64,000 nucleotides of DNA from Bugula neritina (lineage: Eukaryota; Animalia; Bryozoa). Positions within the stretch are counted from its first letter, which is position 1. The number at the start of each line of letters is the position of its first letter. Positions 26,601 through 38,800 of the stretch are shown here, one piece after another. The position numbers and the translations under genes were made by a program. Under the pieces are notes generated by a model, which was not told where the DNA came from, ran no database searches, and saw nothing but the letters and a program-made list of their open reading frames with translations. The DNA lies in assembly GCA_964035545.1 (NCBI GenBank), contig OZ037771.1:8921408-8985407 (forward strand). Direction: 5' to 3'.

Positions 26601-29600
26601 CTTTATAGCATCAAGATAACGTGTCCTTTGTTTGCAGGGGTGGGCATTGCCCTCGGGGCCCACCAGTCTATTGGGTTCAAAGGCATCACACTCTTTGGCA
26701 ATGAAGAGCAGAAAGCTAAGTACTTGCCAAAGCTAGCGGCGGGTCAAGAGTTTGCAGCCTACTCGTTAACAGAACCTGCCAGTGGATCAGATGCTAATGT
26801 AAGCTAGAACTGAAGCTACATTTATTCTCTCTCTCGCATAGCTTGTTTCAAGTCGCCGTTCTGTCAATGATTTTATGTTGTGTTAGTTGCAGGTATTATA
26901 TTTATTCTGGAGAGACTACACTTGGTTGGGCGCTAAAATCCATACGTTTATTTGTAAATCTACATCTGATTTATATACAGAACATGACATCATGCTGTGG
27001 TCAATCATCATCTCGTTCATGCAGTGATAACCAACTCTATTGCATGCTGTAAACATTCAAATTACTACAAATAAAAGCAGCATTTCTGGAGTTGTCTGAC
27101 CAGAAATAACTCCCAATGGCTTACATTAAATATAATATATAATTATGGTGACAATCCTGCACTAGCTTTTCTCAAAAAGATTTTGTTGAAAGAATCAGCT
27201 CTATTTCAAATATACCAACTTATCAAACGTTTATCCTACAGTCTATCAGAACAAAGGCAGAGCTGTCGGCTGATGGTAAACACTATGTACTGAACGGTAG
27301 CAAGATATGGATATCTAATGGTGGTATTGCTGATATATTTACAGTATTTGCAAAGGTCAGTTCCACTAAGATTTATCTGTTTCTTTGACATCTGCTACTG
27401 TAGAGGTCAATGCTCTTGTACTATCAACTCATGAGTTGCTAGGATAATTCTAACATAGCATACAGTTTCACTTATTCATAACATTACATCTGCTCACAAA
27501 CATTACACAGTGGTTTAATGGTATGTGTATAAAATTTAGGCAGCAAATATGTTTCTTGTCTCAACAACGGTATTCAAAGCTACAGTTTAAATTTTTTTTT
27601 GACAAAACCCTTTAATCTAAGGTTTAGGAATACTTTTGTATTGTCATACAAACCATCTTTTGAAAATTGTCACATTTGTTAATAACTTTAGACTCCGGTT
27701 AAAGACAGTAAAACTGGAGACACAAAAGATAAAATTACAGCTTTTATAGTTGAAAGGGGGTTCGGTGGAGTGTCAAGGTGAGTGTAGGACACAGGTACTT
27801 GATAGTGACAGAAAGAGCGCTTCTAGCAGGTGCTCTCCGGTGTGTTAATACCTTATATGGAAATCTACAGCTTGGTTACCATACTCAACAACTGTAAGCA
27901 TTTGATTTTCTTACTTCTATTGACCTGCGATACACACATGTAGGTGCAATATACTGATTGCTGCTAAAGCAAGCATTCTATTTTATTTGCTGGTAGTTTT
28001 TCACGTATTTCCTCCTTTCAGTGGCCCCCCAGAGAAGAAAATGGGTATCAAGTGCAGTAACACGGCAGAGGTGTACTTTGAAGATACCAAAGTGCCTGTT
28101 GAGAATGTCCTTGGTGGTGTTGGAGAAGGTTTCAAGGTCGCCATGATGATCCTCAACAACGGCAGGTTTGGTATGGCTGCAGCACTGTCCGGCACTATGA
28201 AGTCATGTATAGCTAAAGCTGTGAGTATCTGTACTATATAGTTATATATAGCTAAAGCAGTTAGTGTTGGTACTATATAGTTATATATAGCTAAAGCAGT
28301 TAGTGTTGGTACTATATAGTTATATATAGCTAAAGCAGTTAGTGTTGGTACTATATAGTTATATATAGCTAAAGCAGTTAGTGTTGGTACTATATAGTTA
28401 TATATAGCTAAAGCAGTTAATGTTGGTACTATATAGTTATATATAGCTAAAGCAGTTAGTGTTGGTACTATATAGTTATATATAGCTAAAGCAGTTAGTG
28501 TTGGTACTATATAGTTATATATAGCTAAAGCAGTTAGTGTTGGTACTATATAGTTATATATAGCTAAAGCAGTTAGTGTTGGTACTATATAGTTATATAT
28601 AGCTAAAGCTGTGAGTGTTGGTACTATATAGTTATATATAGCTAAAGCAGTTAGTGTTGGTACTATATAGTTATATATAGCTAAAGCAGTTAATGTTGGT
28701 ACTATATAGTTATATATAGCTAAAGCAGTTAGTGTTGGTACTATATAGTTATATATAGCTAAAGCAGTTAGTGTTGGTACTATATAGTTATATATAGCTA
28801 AAGCTGTGAGTGTTGGTACTATATAGTTATATATAACTAAAGCAGTGAGTATCTGTACTATATAGTTATATATAGCTAAAGCAGTTAGTGTTGGTACTAT
28901 ATAGTTATATATAGCTAAAGCAGTTAATGTTGGTACTATATAGTTATATATAGCTAAAGCAGTTAGTGTTGGTACTATATAGTTATATATAGCTAAAGCA
29001 GTTAGTGTTGGTACTATATAGTTATATATAGCTAAAGCTGTGAGTGTTGGTACTATATAGTTATATATAACTAAAGCAGTGAGTGTTGGTACTATATAGT
29101 TATATATAGCTAAACCAGTCAGTGTTGGTACTATATAGTTATATATAGCTAAAGCAGTTAGTGTTGGTACTATATAGTTATATATAGCTAAAGCAGTTAG
29201 TGTTGGTACTATATAGTTATATATAGCTAAAGCAGTTAGTGTTGGTACTATATAGTTATATATAGCTAAAGCAGTTAGTGTTGGTACTATATAGTTATAT
29301 ATAGCTAAACCAGTCAGTGTTGGTACTATATAGTTATATATAGCTAAAGCAGTTAGTGTTGGTACTATATAGTTATATATAGCTAAAGCAGTTAGTGTTG
29401 GTACTATATAGTTATATATAGCTAAAGCAGTTAGTGTTGGTACTATATAGTTATATATAGCTAAAGCAGTTAGTGTTGGTACTATATAGTTATATATAGC
29501 TAAAGCAGTTAGTGTTGGTACTATGTAGTTATATATAACTAAAGCAGTGAGTGTTGGTACTATATAGTTATATATAGCTAAAGCAGTGAGCCGAATGCAC

Positions 29601-32600
29601 TCCTATCCACTCAGGTTGACCACGCTCAAAACAGGAAGCAGTTTGCCAAAAACATCCACGAATACGGAGCCATCCAGGAGAAGATAGCTGAGATGGTGAT
29701 GAGGCACTACGCCACCGAGAGTATGGCCTACATGGTGGCTGCCAACATGGACAAAGGAGCAAAAGAGTTCCAGATAGAGGCAGCCATAAGGTGAGGCCGG
29801 TATGCAGACTGTCGCTTGTTATAAAGTCAGCTGACTGATATAAATAGAGAGGCATTCAGCTTGCAGTAAGGAGCAGCTGTGGTCTAGAGTCAGAGCGTTT
29901 GCCTAATAAGCACGAAGTCGTGGGTTGGAACCCCCCCCCCCTCCCCCCTGACAAAAGCCATTGGTGATGTTAAAAAGAGCATTCAGTCATAATTACTCCT
30001 GTGCCTCATCTGAATAAGTCTTTAGCCCACATTTTTTAACAAAAAAGCCCTTTCCATCAGGGGTTTCTCATAGAGATGGCAGCTATAAGCTTGCGAGAGT
30101 TTATTCAACTTATAGTCATATGCTCTTCCTAAATCAGTTTGTGCTGTAAGCATTCACCCGAGACACTGAAGAATCTTTAGCTAGAGTGCGCACTGCCTCC
30201 TCTTTACTAGCTGTATTGAGATAGCCGCGGATCCTGTGTTCGCTGCGATGCTGGCTGGCTACAGTGATGCTGTGTGCTGCTTGTAGCAAAGTGTATGGCT
30301 CTGAGGCCGCTTGGTTCTGCTGCGACACAGCTATGCAGGTTCTTGGTGGCATGAGTTACATGAAGGATACCGGGTTAGAGCGGGTGATGAGAGACCTTCG
30401 TATCTTCAGAATCTTTGAGGGTACAAATGATATTCTCAGGCTATTTGTAGCTCTCACTGGAATACAGGTAGGCGCTGAGGCTATTTAGATTTTAAACCTG
30501 CGAAATTCATTGCTTCTTTTTTCTCATTCCATGTCAACTTGAATAATGTTTCCCTTGCAACAAGCAATTTAATTTGAAAATAAAATATTGTTTTAGGATC
30601 AGTTTCTGTCGTGATATTTCAATATTTGACAACCATTTCTGTTAAATAATGAATGAAACCAAATGCCAGTGTCTTAGCACCTCTCAATCAGGTCACACTA
30701 TGGTGAATACAATTTAATTAAACTTGAATAATAAACAATAAAATAGACATGAATGCCATACTTCTTACATAATATTAGAGTCTTTTCTACACACTTTTTT
30801 AACACACTTTCTACACTTGCTTCATTACCTTCTACATTTGCTGTATGACCTACACCTTTCATTCTACATCTATTACATCATTCTATTCGCTCTATACTTG
30901 ACTTTTTCAACAGTAAAGTATAGAAATCAATGAGACTAACACTTCAATAATAAAATTTACCTGAACATTATTGTTTAGTCATATAATGACATAGTTCGAT
31001 GAGATTTCTGTTATAATCATATCTGTTGAATCCAGGTCATGCATGAAAGTTTTAATAGTTGTAAAAGCTAAAAATAAATGGTTGAGGTTTGGAGTTTGTG
31101 TAGCACTATAGGTTGCTGCTTTACTGCTGCCACTATTGCTACTGTCATTATTCATTCTGTCACTATTCCTTCTGTCACTATTACTATTGTCACTATTCTG
31201 CTTTACTACTGTCACTCTTACGCTGCCACTCTTGTAGTATGCTGGTGGTCACCTCAAGGACGTCCTTGCTGCTCTCAAAAGTCCAGTCTCTAATCCCGGC
31301 CTTCTAGTCGGCAAGGCAGTCGAGAAAGCCAAAAGATCAATGGGAGTTGTGTCCTCCATATCGGTAGTCGGCGCTCATAGTGAGCTGGCGGCTGAGGCTG
31401 ACAAACTCGGCACTTGCATTGCCATGTTTGGTGGCAGCGTGGAAGACCTGCTCGCCAAGTATCAAAAGAAGATAGTTGGTAAGAGAGAGCTCATTGTGTA
31501 GTAAGAGAGAGCTCAGTGTATGATAAGAGAGAGCTCAGTGTGTAGTAAGAGAGAGAGCTCATTGTATAGTAAGAGAGAGCTCAGTGTATAGTGAGAGAGA
31601 GCTCAGTGTGTGATAAGAGAGAGCTCAGTGTATAGTAAGAGAGAGCTCAGTGTATGGTAAGAGAGGGAGCGCAGTGTACAGTAAGAGAGAGCTCAGTGTA
31701 TAGTGAGAGAGAGCTCAGTGTATAGTGAGAGAGAGAGAGGGCTCAGTATATAGTAAGAGAGAGCTCAGTGTATAGTAAGAGAGAGCTCAGTGTATAGTGA
31801 GAGAGAGCTCATTGTATAGTAAGAGAGAGCTCAGTGTATAGTGAGGGAGAGCTCAGTGTATAGTAAGAGAGAGCTCAGTGTATAGTAAGAGAGAGCTCAG
31901 TGTATGGCGCCAGCTCTCCCTGGTCCCTTCTAAGCTGAAAAATAATTTTATTATGCATTACTCATGACATTTTTTCTAAGCAGTGTTTTCTACTTTTCTC
32001 TGACATCTTTATATGTTATGCATTTTTATGAGTTTTCTTCAATAAATTAAATTGCTATTTGATTAAGTTTTCAATGTGCTAATTATCACTCTGCAGTTGC
32101 GGTGTTTTAAAGCCGACGTAACAGCATACCATACCAGCCTCCGGAATATTCTTATGCATATTATGTGGTAGTTTGTCTTACACTTTGATTGATTTGCTCT
32201 CGTGTCTGTTGGCTGCATGCACTCTCATTAGAATAAAATAATTATTATGTATTCTAATTTTAAATTTGCTAAATTGGGTATTTTTTGCTGGAAACTGAAA
32301 CCAACTAAATTCGTCCGTCAGTTTATGACTGACAGCTTGCTTTGTGCAGGTTGCCGTGTGCAGGTTGCTGATGACTGTCCTGTATTCACTATCTGGTAGG
32401 ATGGGTGCTGTTCACCTCTACCTTCTAATAAGTTGCTCAAAACAATATGATTATAGTTTGTTCAACTTTGCAGAACGTGTTTCTTATTTCTGTTTTCTAG
32501 ACGAGCAGTTTTTGTTGTGGAGGATAGCTGAGGCAGCAATAGACATATATTCCATGTCAGCAGTCATCTCACGCTGTTCTGCTGCCCTGACATCTGGTCT

Positions 32601-33962
32601 TCCTTCTGCTGAACATGAGAAGGTCATCTGCCAGACTTACGTGGAAAAGGTGAGTCACTGGTGTCTCCCTCTCCCCCCTCCCCTGTGACTCGGAGGGCAA
32701 CTTTAAACATTGTGTCATAATGTTTTAAAATGGAAAGTTTTGCTTGTCTGTTGGTTCAACTTAGATTACAGTCTGCCTTCAGTGGGGAAGTTTTGCTGTG
32801 CAGTATCAGCTGCTTTACTGTGTCTGACCACCTCAACTAACTGACCAGCGGCCGCACTGCATTGTGACCTACACAGTGACATCACGCTGACTGGCTGACA
32901 TGTCAACTGCTGCCTTCCTGTCTGTCTACTGCCTTCACTCATTTACCTCGAGTATTGGGGAGTTTATAATTTGTTATCCAGGCTGATACTTCAAACATTG
33001 CAGAATTAAGCAGTACTTTAGTAACACTTGTTTTAGCTATGCTTCAGGAATCTGTTTATTATCCCATGATGATAATTTATTAGTAATTACTGTTACTAAT
33101 TCACCATCACATGACTACTGAACGAGTCACTCCACCCTCCAAATATTCACACCCCCTACTTTGAAGCTGATTCAACAAAGTAACATTCAGATATATTAAT
33201 AGATGTTAACTTGGCATTGTTCCTTCATTAATTTATGAGATATTTATAATGGACATGTCATCTACACATTATGGTGTATAATGTTCTAAATTTCGTTTAT
33301 GCTTTATGTTGGACAGATGTAACTTTGCTCTCTATAAGTTGTTTGGCGGAATAATTAGCAGTGTCCCGCTATCAGAGCCTCTATTTAATTTCTCAGTTTC
33401 TGTTGGAGCAGAAAGGCTATCCCCTATGCATATATCACCTCAACAAGTTTTTCCTGTTAGGGATTCCCATCCTTAGTCTTGCTCTTACTCAGTACTCCCA
33501 CACTTTAAACACTTTGTAGTGTGAGGGAGGGTGATTCATGCTGTATTAATCTAAACACCTAACTTTAACCACTTTTATTTGAAATGTACCGACTTCAAAC
33601 AAGAACTTTTTATGAGCTGTTTTAAGCTACATGAGAAGCTTGATGACTTGCAGCTTAAACTGAACTGTCCACTTGCCAACAGACGTGTTGGTCATGTTGT
33701 CACATATTTTAATCTTGCTCAGGTCTAAATATTTTATCTATTTAATTGAGTCAATGGTTCAATAACTTGAATCTCTTGTAAAGCAAATCCATTTATTTCT
33801 TAAACTTCACTGCTGTAGGCCACTCAAAGGGTGAAGGACAATCTCGGAGAATTAACATCCACACCTCACCAAGCCATATTCAAGAACATGTCGTTGATCT
33901 CTAAACAAACGGTAGCCAATGCAGGAGTAATTGCTCAGCATCCTCTAGGAGGCTCCTTGTAG
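23695..33962 (+). CDS. ACADVL: Very-long-chain specific acyl-CoA dehydrogenase, mitochondrial, 633 aa, 14 exons
   Basis: Exons 23695-23765, 24462-24531, 24914-24983, 25150-25214, 25662-25836, 26638-26798, 27242-27355, 27692-27777, 28022-28220, 29615-29790, 30287-30467, 31238-31478, 32501-32649, 33819-33962 (1902 nt). VLCAD-typical EVNDPAKND...[12 protein letters not shown]...[75 protein letters not shown]; N-terminus is basic/hydroxylated like a mitochondrial transit peptide. Confidence 0.95.
25053..25161 (+). repeat. 29-bp tandem repeat duplicating an ACADVL splice acceptor
   Basis: gtgtgtgtttacttgtag|ttcttgatgaa unit; AG ends at 25091, 25120 and 25149. Confidence 0.88.
28208..29590 (+). 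repeat. 39-bp minisatellite, about 35 copies, filling ACADVL intron 9 and containing its donor junction
   Basis: Unit atagctaaagca|gttagtgttggtactatatagttatat; the first unit overlaps the exon end atagctaaagct|gtgagt. Confidence 0.97.
29870..30102 (+). mobile_element. tRNA-derived SINE (family A, copy 2) in an ACADVL intron
   Basis: Aligns end to end with 11766-11980; degenerate 16-bp TSD attcagcttgcagtaa / attcaacttatagtca. Confidence 0.85.
31479..31906 (+). repeat. 22-bp minisatellite (gtaagagagagctcagtgtata)n, about 19 copies, starting at the ACADVL intron 12 donor
   Basis: The first base of the array is the intron GT at 31479. Confidence 0.93.
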
Positions 33963-35074
33963 AGATCAATTGTGGAGTTAGTGTGTTTGGAGCTGTATGT
34001 TAAGAATGGTACATCTATCTTATGTGACTGCTATACAAGATTGTGCCATGCTTTGATATTCCATGCTTGTTCTGTAAGAAAAATATTTTTATTATGGTGT
34101 TTAGTATCTATTGTAACTTACTGATTGTATTTTAAGAATATGTAGTTTTAAATTATTACTGTATTACTATGCCGTATATACCAATAAATCACTAGTATTA
34201 CTCTCCAATGGTTCGTGAAATGTTCTAATCTCTACTTTCTTATGAATGTAGTAAACTTACAAGTAGGTGCAGTGGCATATCTAGTAATACTCATTTAATC
34301 CACAGAACTGTGTTTTGCAGTCAACGAACTTTCTTACTTGAAATAGTTTTGCTGTGAATGCAAGGCAGACATCGCTAGTTATAGAATCCTTGACAGAGTT
34401 GGTTTGTATAGATTTATGTTTTTGAGTACAAATATATAAACTGTACGCAAAGGGACCACTTGATTTACTGCAATCATATAAGTTCATATTAAAACCAATG
34501 ATTATAAGTATAATAAATAAGTATAATACTTTTATTATCAACGATCAATATTGCCTAACAGTATTGATATTAAAGTGGTACAGTTGGCCCATTTCGGAGT
34601 AAATTTCAGCATTTACACTTTGTCCTTTATAACTAGCATCTATGCGTGTCACATGATTGGTTTAAACTTTAAAGTATTTGGTGTTAATCATAGAAGATTG
34701 ATCTAGTGGGAGTGAGACTGTCATATCATCTAAATACACTGCCCACAGTGAATACAGTATACTGTACAATATACAGTACAATATAATACACTGTACAATA
34801 TAATACACTGCAATATAATATAGTTTACAATATAATAAATATACTGCATGTACAATATAATATGCTTTACAATATAATATATTATACCGATCCACGATAT
34901 ATAACACTCACAGTATATATTATAGTGAACTCCACAATGTAATAAACTAATAAATTGGTGTATACTCAAAGAAATGCCACAGCTGGTTAATTAAACATTC
35001 ACTTTTTACATTCAAATTAAAACTCACACTTGCATGAATTTTATTTACTCTGTAAATTAATTGAAAACACTGCA

Positions 35075-35214
<140 letters not shown>

Positions 35215-35810
35215 GCTGTATATGGGCTATATATGGGCTATATATGGGCTATATACATGTGCATGCATTTTACACATTAGGTTTTTTTTTCTTAATGTTG
35301 TTTATGAAAATTGCAATTCTAAGTCTATACATATCATATTAAACTAATTTAAATTGAATAGTTGACATACCACCATTTATTAGACAGAAAAAAATGTGTT
35401 ATTATTGATTAATTTGTTATTGGTAGATGAATATGGGTTATTTCAATGATGCATGGAAGGCATGTCATACATAACTGAACTTTGAACCCTGCGCAAGTCA
35501 TGGTTACTGTAGGAGGATGAATGCCTTAAAGCAGGTAAATATGTTGTATATATATATATATACATGTGGTACAGTATACATCCTCACTTAAAACCTATCT
35601 TCTGTCTGAGCTACATCTATCTGAAACAACTGTTAGAGATACATAGGCTCTCATTCCCTTAAGTGGGTTTAATTATACTGGGAGAAAAGCTGCACCCATA
35701 AAACAGTTTAGGATCTCTATGCACTAAGAGCCAATAGGGTTTTCTTCGTGCATGCACATAACACGGCTGTGCCATAGAAGAGACCAGGCAAACCTACTGT
35801 CTAGTCGACT

Positions 35811-38800
35811 ATGCACCTGCTCCTCTTCCTGGTATACGCTGGAGTCAGCGTCTATGGGTATCCCGGGATATATTACTCTGGAGATGGCAGCGGGGAACAG
35901 TCAGAAGAACTTGGTAAGTGCCACCTTTTGCAAATTTTAAGACTTGTAATAATCTTTAGATTTATCTGAAAGACAAAGAGTTATAAGGACTGAACAAAAT
36001 TTGTCAAATCCTGTTGACTCTTTAGCTCTGCTCAATATAATCATTTCATACAACCTGGTGACTTGCAGTTTAAGACTCACTAGAACTTAACAGGGTTGAA
36101 TTCAAACTCTAGTGCTTATCTTTTTATTTATCTTTAAAAAATCATTTAATGCAAGGTTTTGCTTTTGAAAAAATATTATCTAAGCTGCGTGCTCTTTTCT
36201 CCTCCCCCCCCCCCCCCTCCAGTCAGGAGGTCTAGTATGACATGCCATGATACAATACCTTGGTGACTCACTGCTCACCTTTTCCAGTTCTGCATATAGT
36301 CTATGGAATTTCTGCTAACTGGTTTATCAATCTCTTCATTTCATATTAATGTAGTTTTTCTTGCAATAAAACACACATTTTAAAGTAATTATAGATTCCT
36401 AAAAAAATTAATACAATATTAATCTCTATGAACTGCTACACAAATTATAATAGAAAAATGATGTGATTAATTTATATTTGTAGATACATGTAACATATGC
36501 TTACAGTCTATAAGAGATAGACTAGTATCTTCACATGATATACAGAGATCACACTGTGAGGAGTAAGTGTTCCATGCTATGCTTGCTGTTCTTACTACCC
36601 ATATATGTTCACACGTGAGCTCCACATACTTCAAAGTAGTTGACTTCAAGCAAAAATGCTTCTGATATATTGAGATCAAATATTGCCAGGCTGAGGTAGG
36701 TGCAGTAATGGAGAAGTTGAGAAAAGCTTGTGACCTAGATTAGAAATGTAGCATATAAAGTTATGTTCTTGCGATAATTTCAACTCGCGCTACAAACCAA
36801 AGTTTAATAATAAAATTGAAGAACTTAGGCTATCTCAATTTCTCCACTTCTGCTCCTAAATGGTTTCTCTTCTCTGCAAGCATATAGGAGCAAGTATACA
36901 GCCGGGTTCATGAGTCATTAAGGTTTTATACATTCTCGTTCAATATTCTTGATATTTTCAAACTAGTTGGAGAATGGAGAATTGGTTGCTTATTAACAGC
37001 TAATGATCTCTAAAATATATAAAACATAATATGCTAGTATGAATTTTTAACACTTTTCAGGTGTGATGATACATGCAATAATAATTCACTTATTTCAATG
37101 GGATTTCAAAAGCATATATTTGAAGTATTTATGTAACATGTTATAAATTACCTCCAATTTAATGGAGCAGATGACTTGTGGGCCAAATAAAACACATTAT
37201 CTGGTCGCAGCTTATATTCACTCAAGCATTTAATGTATATATTTTATTGTGCACTCACATGGAAAGATTTGAACCATTTATGATTTTATTAAATTCTGTC
37301 ACCATTCCTGACAGTGTTGAAGTAAAAGTTAAACATGGTTATGTTCAACTTAATGCTACCATATGGGTATAATATAATTAAACTCATATAATTGCCCACA
37401 ACCTCAAGTGTCATGTTAAAAATATTCATTACTCTGTCAAAATTACTCAAATGTAGGTGATTTTTTGTGAGTTTGAAACTAGAAATTATAAATGAGCAAC
37501 CGCAGCTGTTATTTATCAAGTGTTCCTTCTGTCACCTGTATGCAACCCACCCTTCTTTCACTTTATTCCAATGAACTCTTTCAAAGTCAGCAAAGGTCTC
37601 AATCAGTCCTTGCGTTCTGTATGCACCTGCAGCTACTGTTATGGTAATTTTATTTGTTGCATCACAAGGTATTCAAACCTTTCTTCACAATTGGTAATGA
37701 AATCTTCCGCATAACTCAAAGTATGTGTACTTTTATTGAAAGGTTTTTATGGTTAAATACATGAATGACTATTCAATAACTCATCTTGGTTTACATGAAA
37801 AGCAGTTACATACAAGAATCTCTTTGACTTATAATTTCTAATAAACTTTGAAAGTTATAAATTCAGTATAAACGAGGATGAAATATAATAGGAGGAGTTA
37901 TGGAAATAATAATAGTATCTTTTTTTCATTTATATAATAGCATGTAAAGTGCATAATATATAATATACATATGATGCAATAATAATATAAATACCGCATA
38001 AATATAGTGTCTGCAGCAAGCAGTCTCTCTATGAACTGTATGACATTTGGCACTAGTTTTTTGCTGTTCTTAGTTAATTGTATGAATTTGCTTACAGTAT
38101 TTCTGATAAATTTATAAACCACAGAGCTCTAAATATCTTGCTTACATTTACAGTATGCTGGTATTCATCCATCTGTGTTATTTTTCTTTTAAGATTACAT
38201 GAGTATAATATCCATCAGTTGAATTTATATGGCCCCACTGCAAGTTTACATCAACAATTATCATTACTTTTATATAATGCAGCAACCATTGAATAAAAGA
38301 TACCACTTGGGTATTGGCATTCTAAATAAAACTAAGTCGACACAACTCCTCAATAAAGAGTTTGATTTCTGTTGAATATTTCTTTCACCAACTATAAGTT
38401 CTAACTTTAAATTTTAGAGTGTCAAAGGTGACCGAGTGCTTCGAAAGATGTACCCCACGAGTCCCACTTTCTACAGACCCCAACAGCATAGAAGTGTTGA
38501 AAATGATGGAACTGTTGTCTAAAATATTTAGTATACTAAAATCAAAAAACTGTGAAATAAATGAAGGTAGGAATTCATCTTATATAAATGTAGTTGTAAG
38601 CTAGCTGAGTGAAGAAACATAATTTATGTTTTTAACATAAAGGGGCTTGCAAAAACAACCGACACAACAACAGGGCTTTAAAATCCAGCGTCCAAAGAAG
38701 ACACTAAATATTTTCTTTGGGGTCAAAGTTGTTGATGTTTTTGCTTAACTGGTAATTCTATAACCCCAGTCTGTCTGTTGTTTTTTAATGCAAAGTTCAT

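Noticed and set aside
28208-29590. CRISPR-like array
   Set aside because: No unique spacers, no cas genes, eukaryotic intron; it is a plain tandem repeat.
33945-33962. Peroxisomal targeting signal at the ACADVL C-terminus (GSL)
   Set aside because: Does not match the PTS1 consensus [SAC][KRH][LM].
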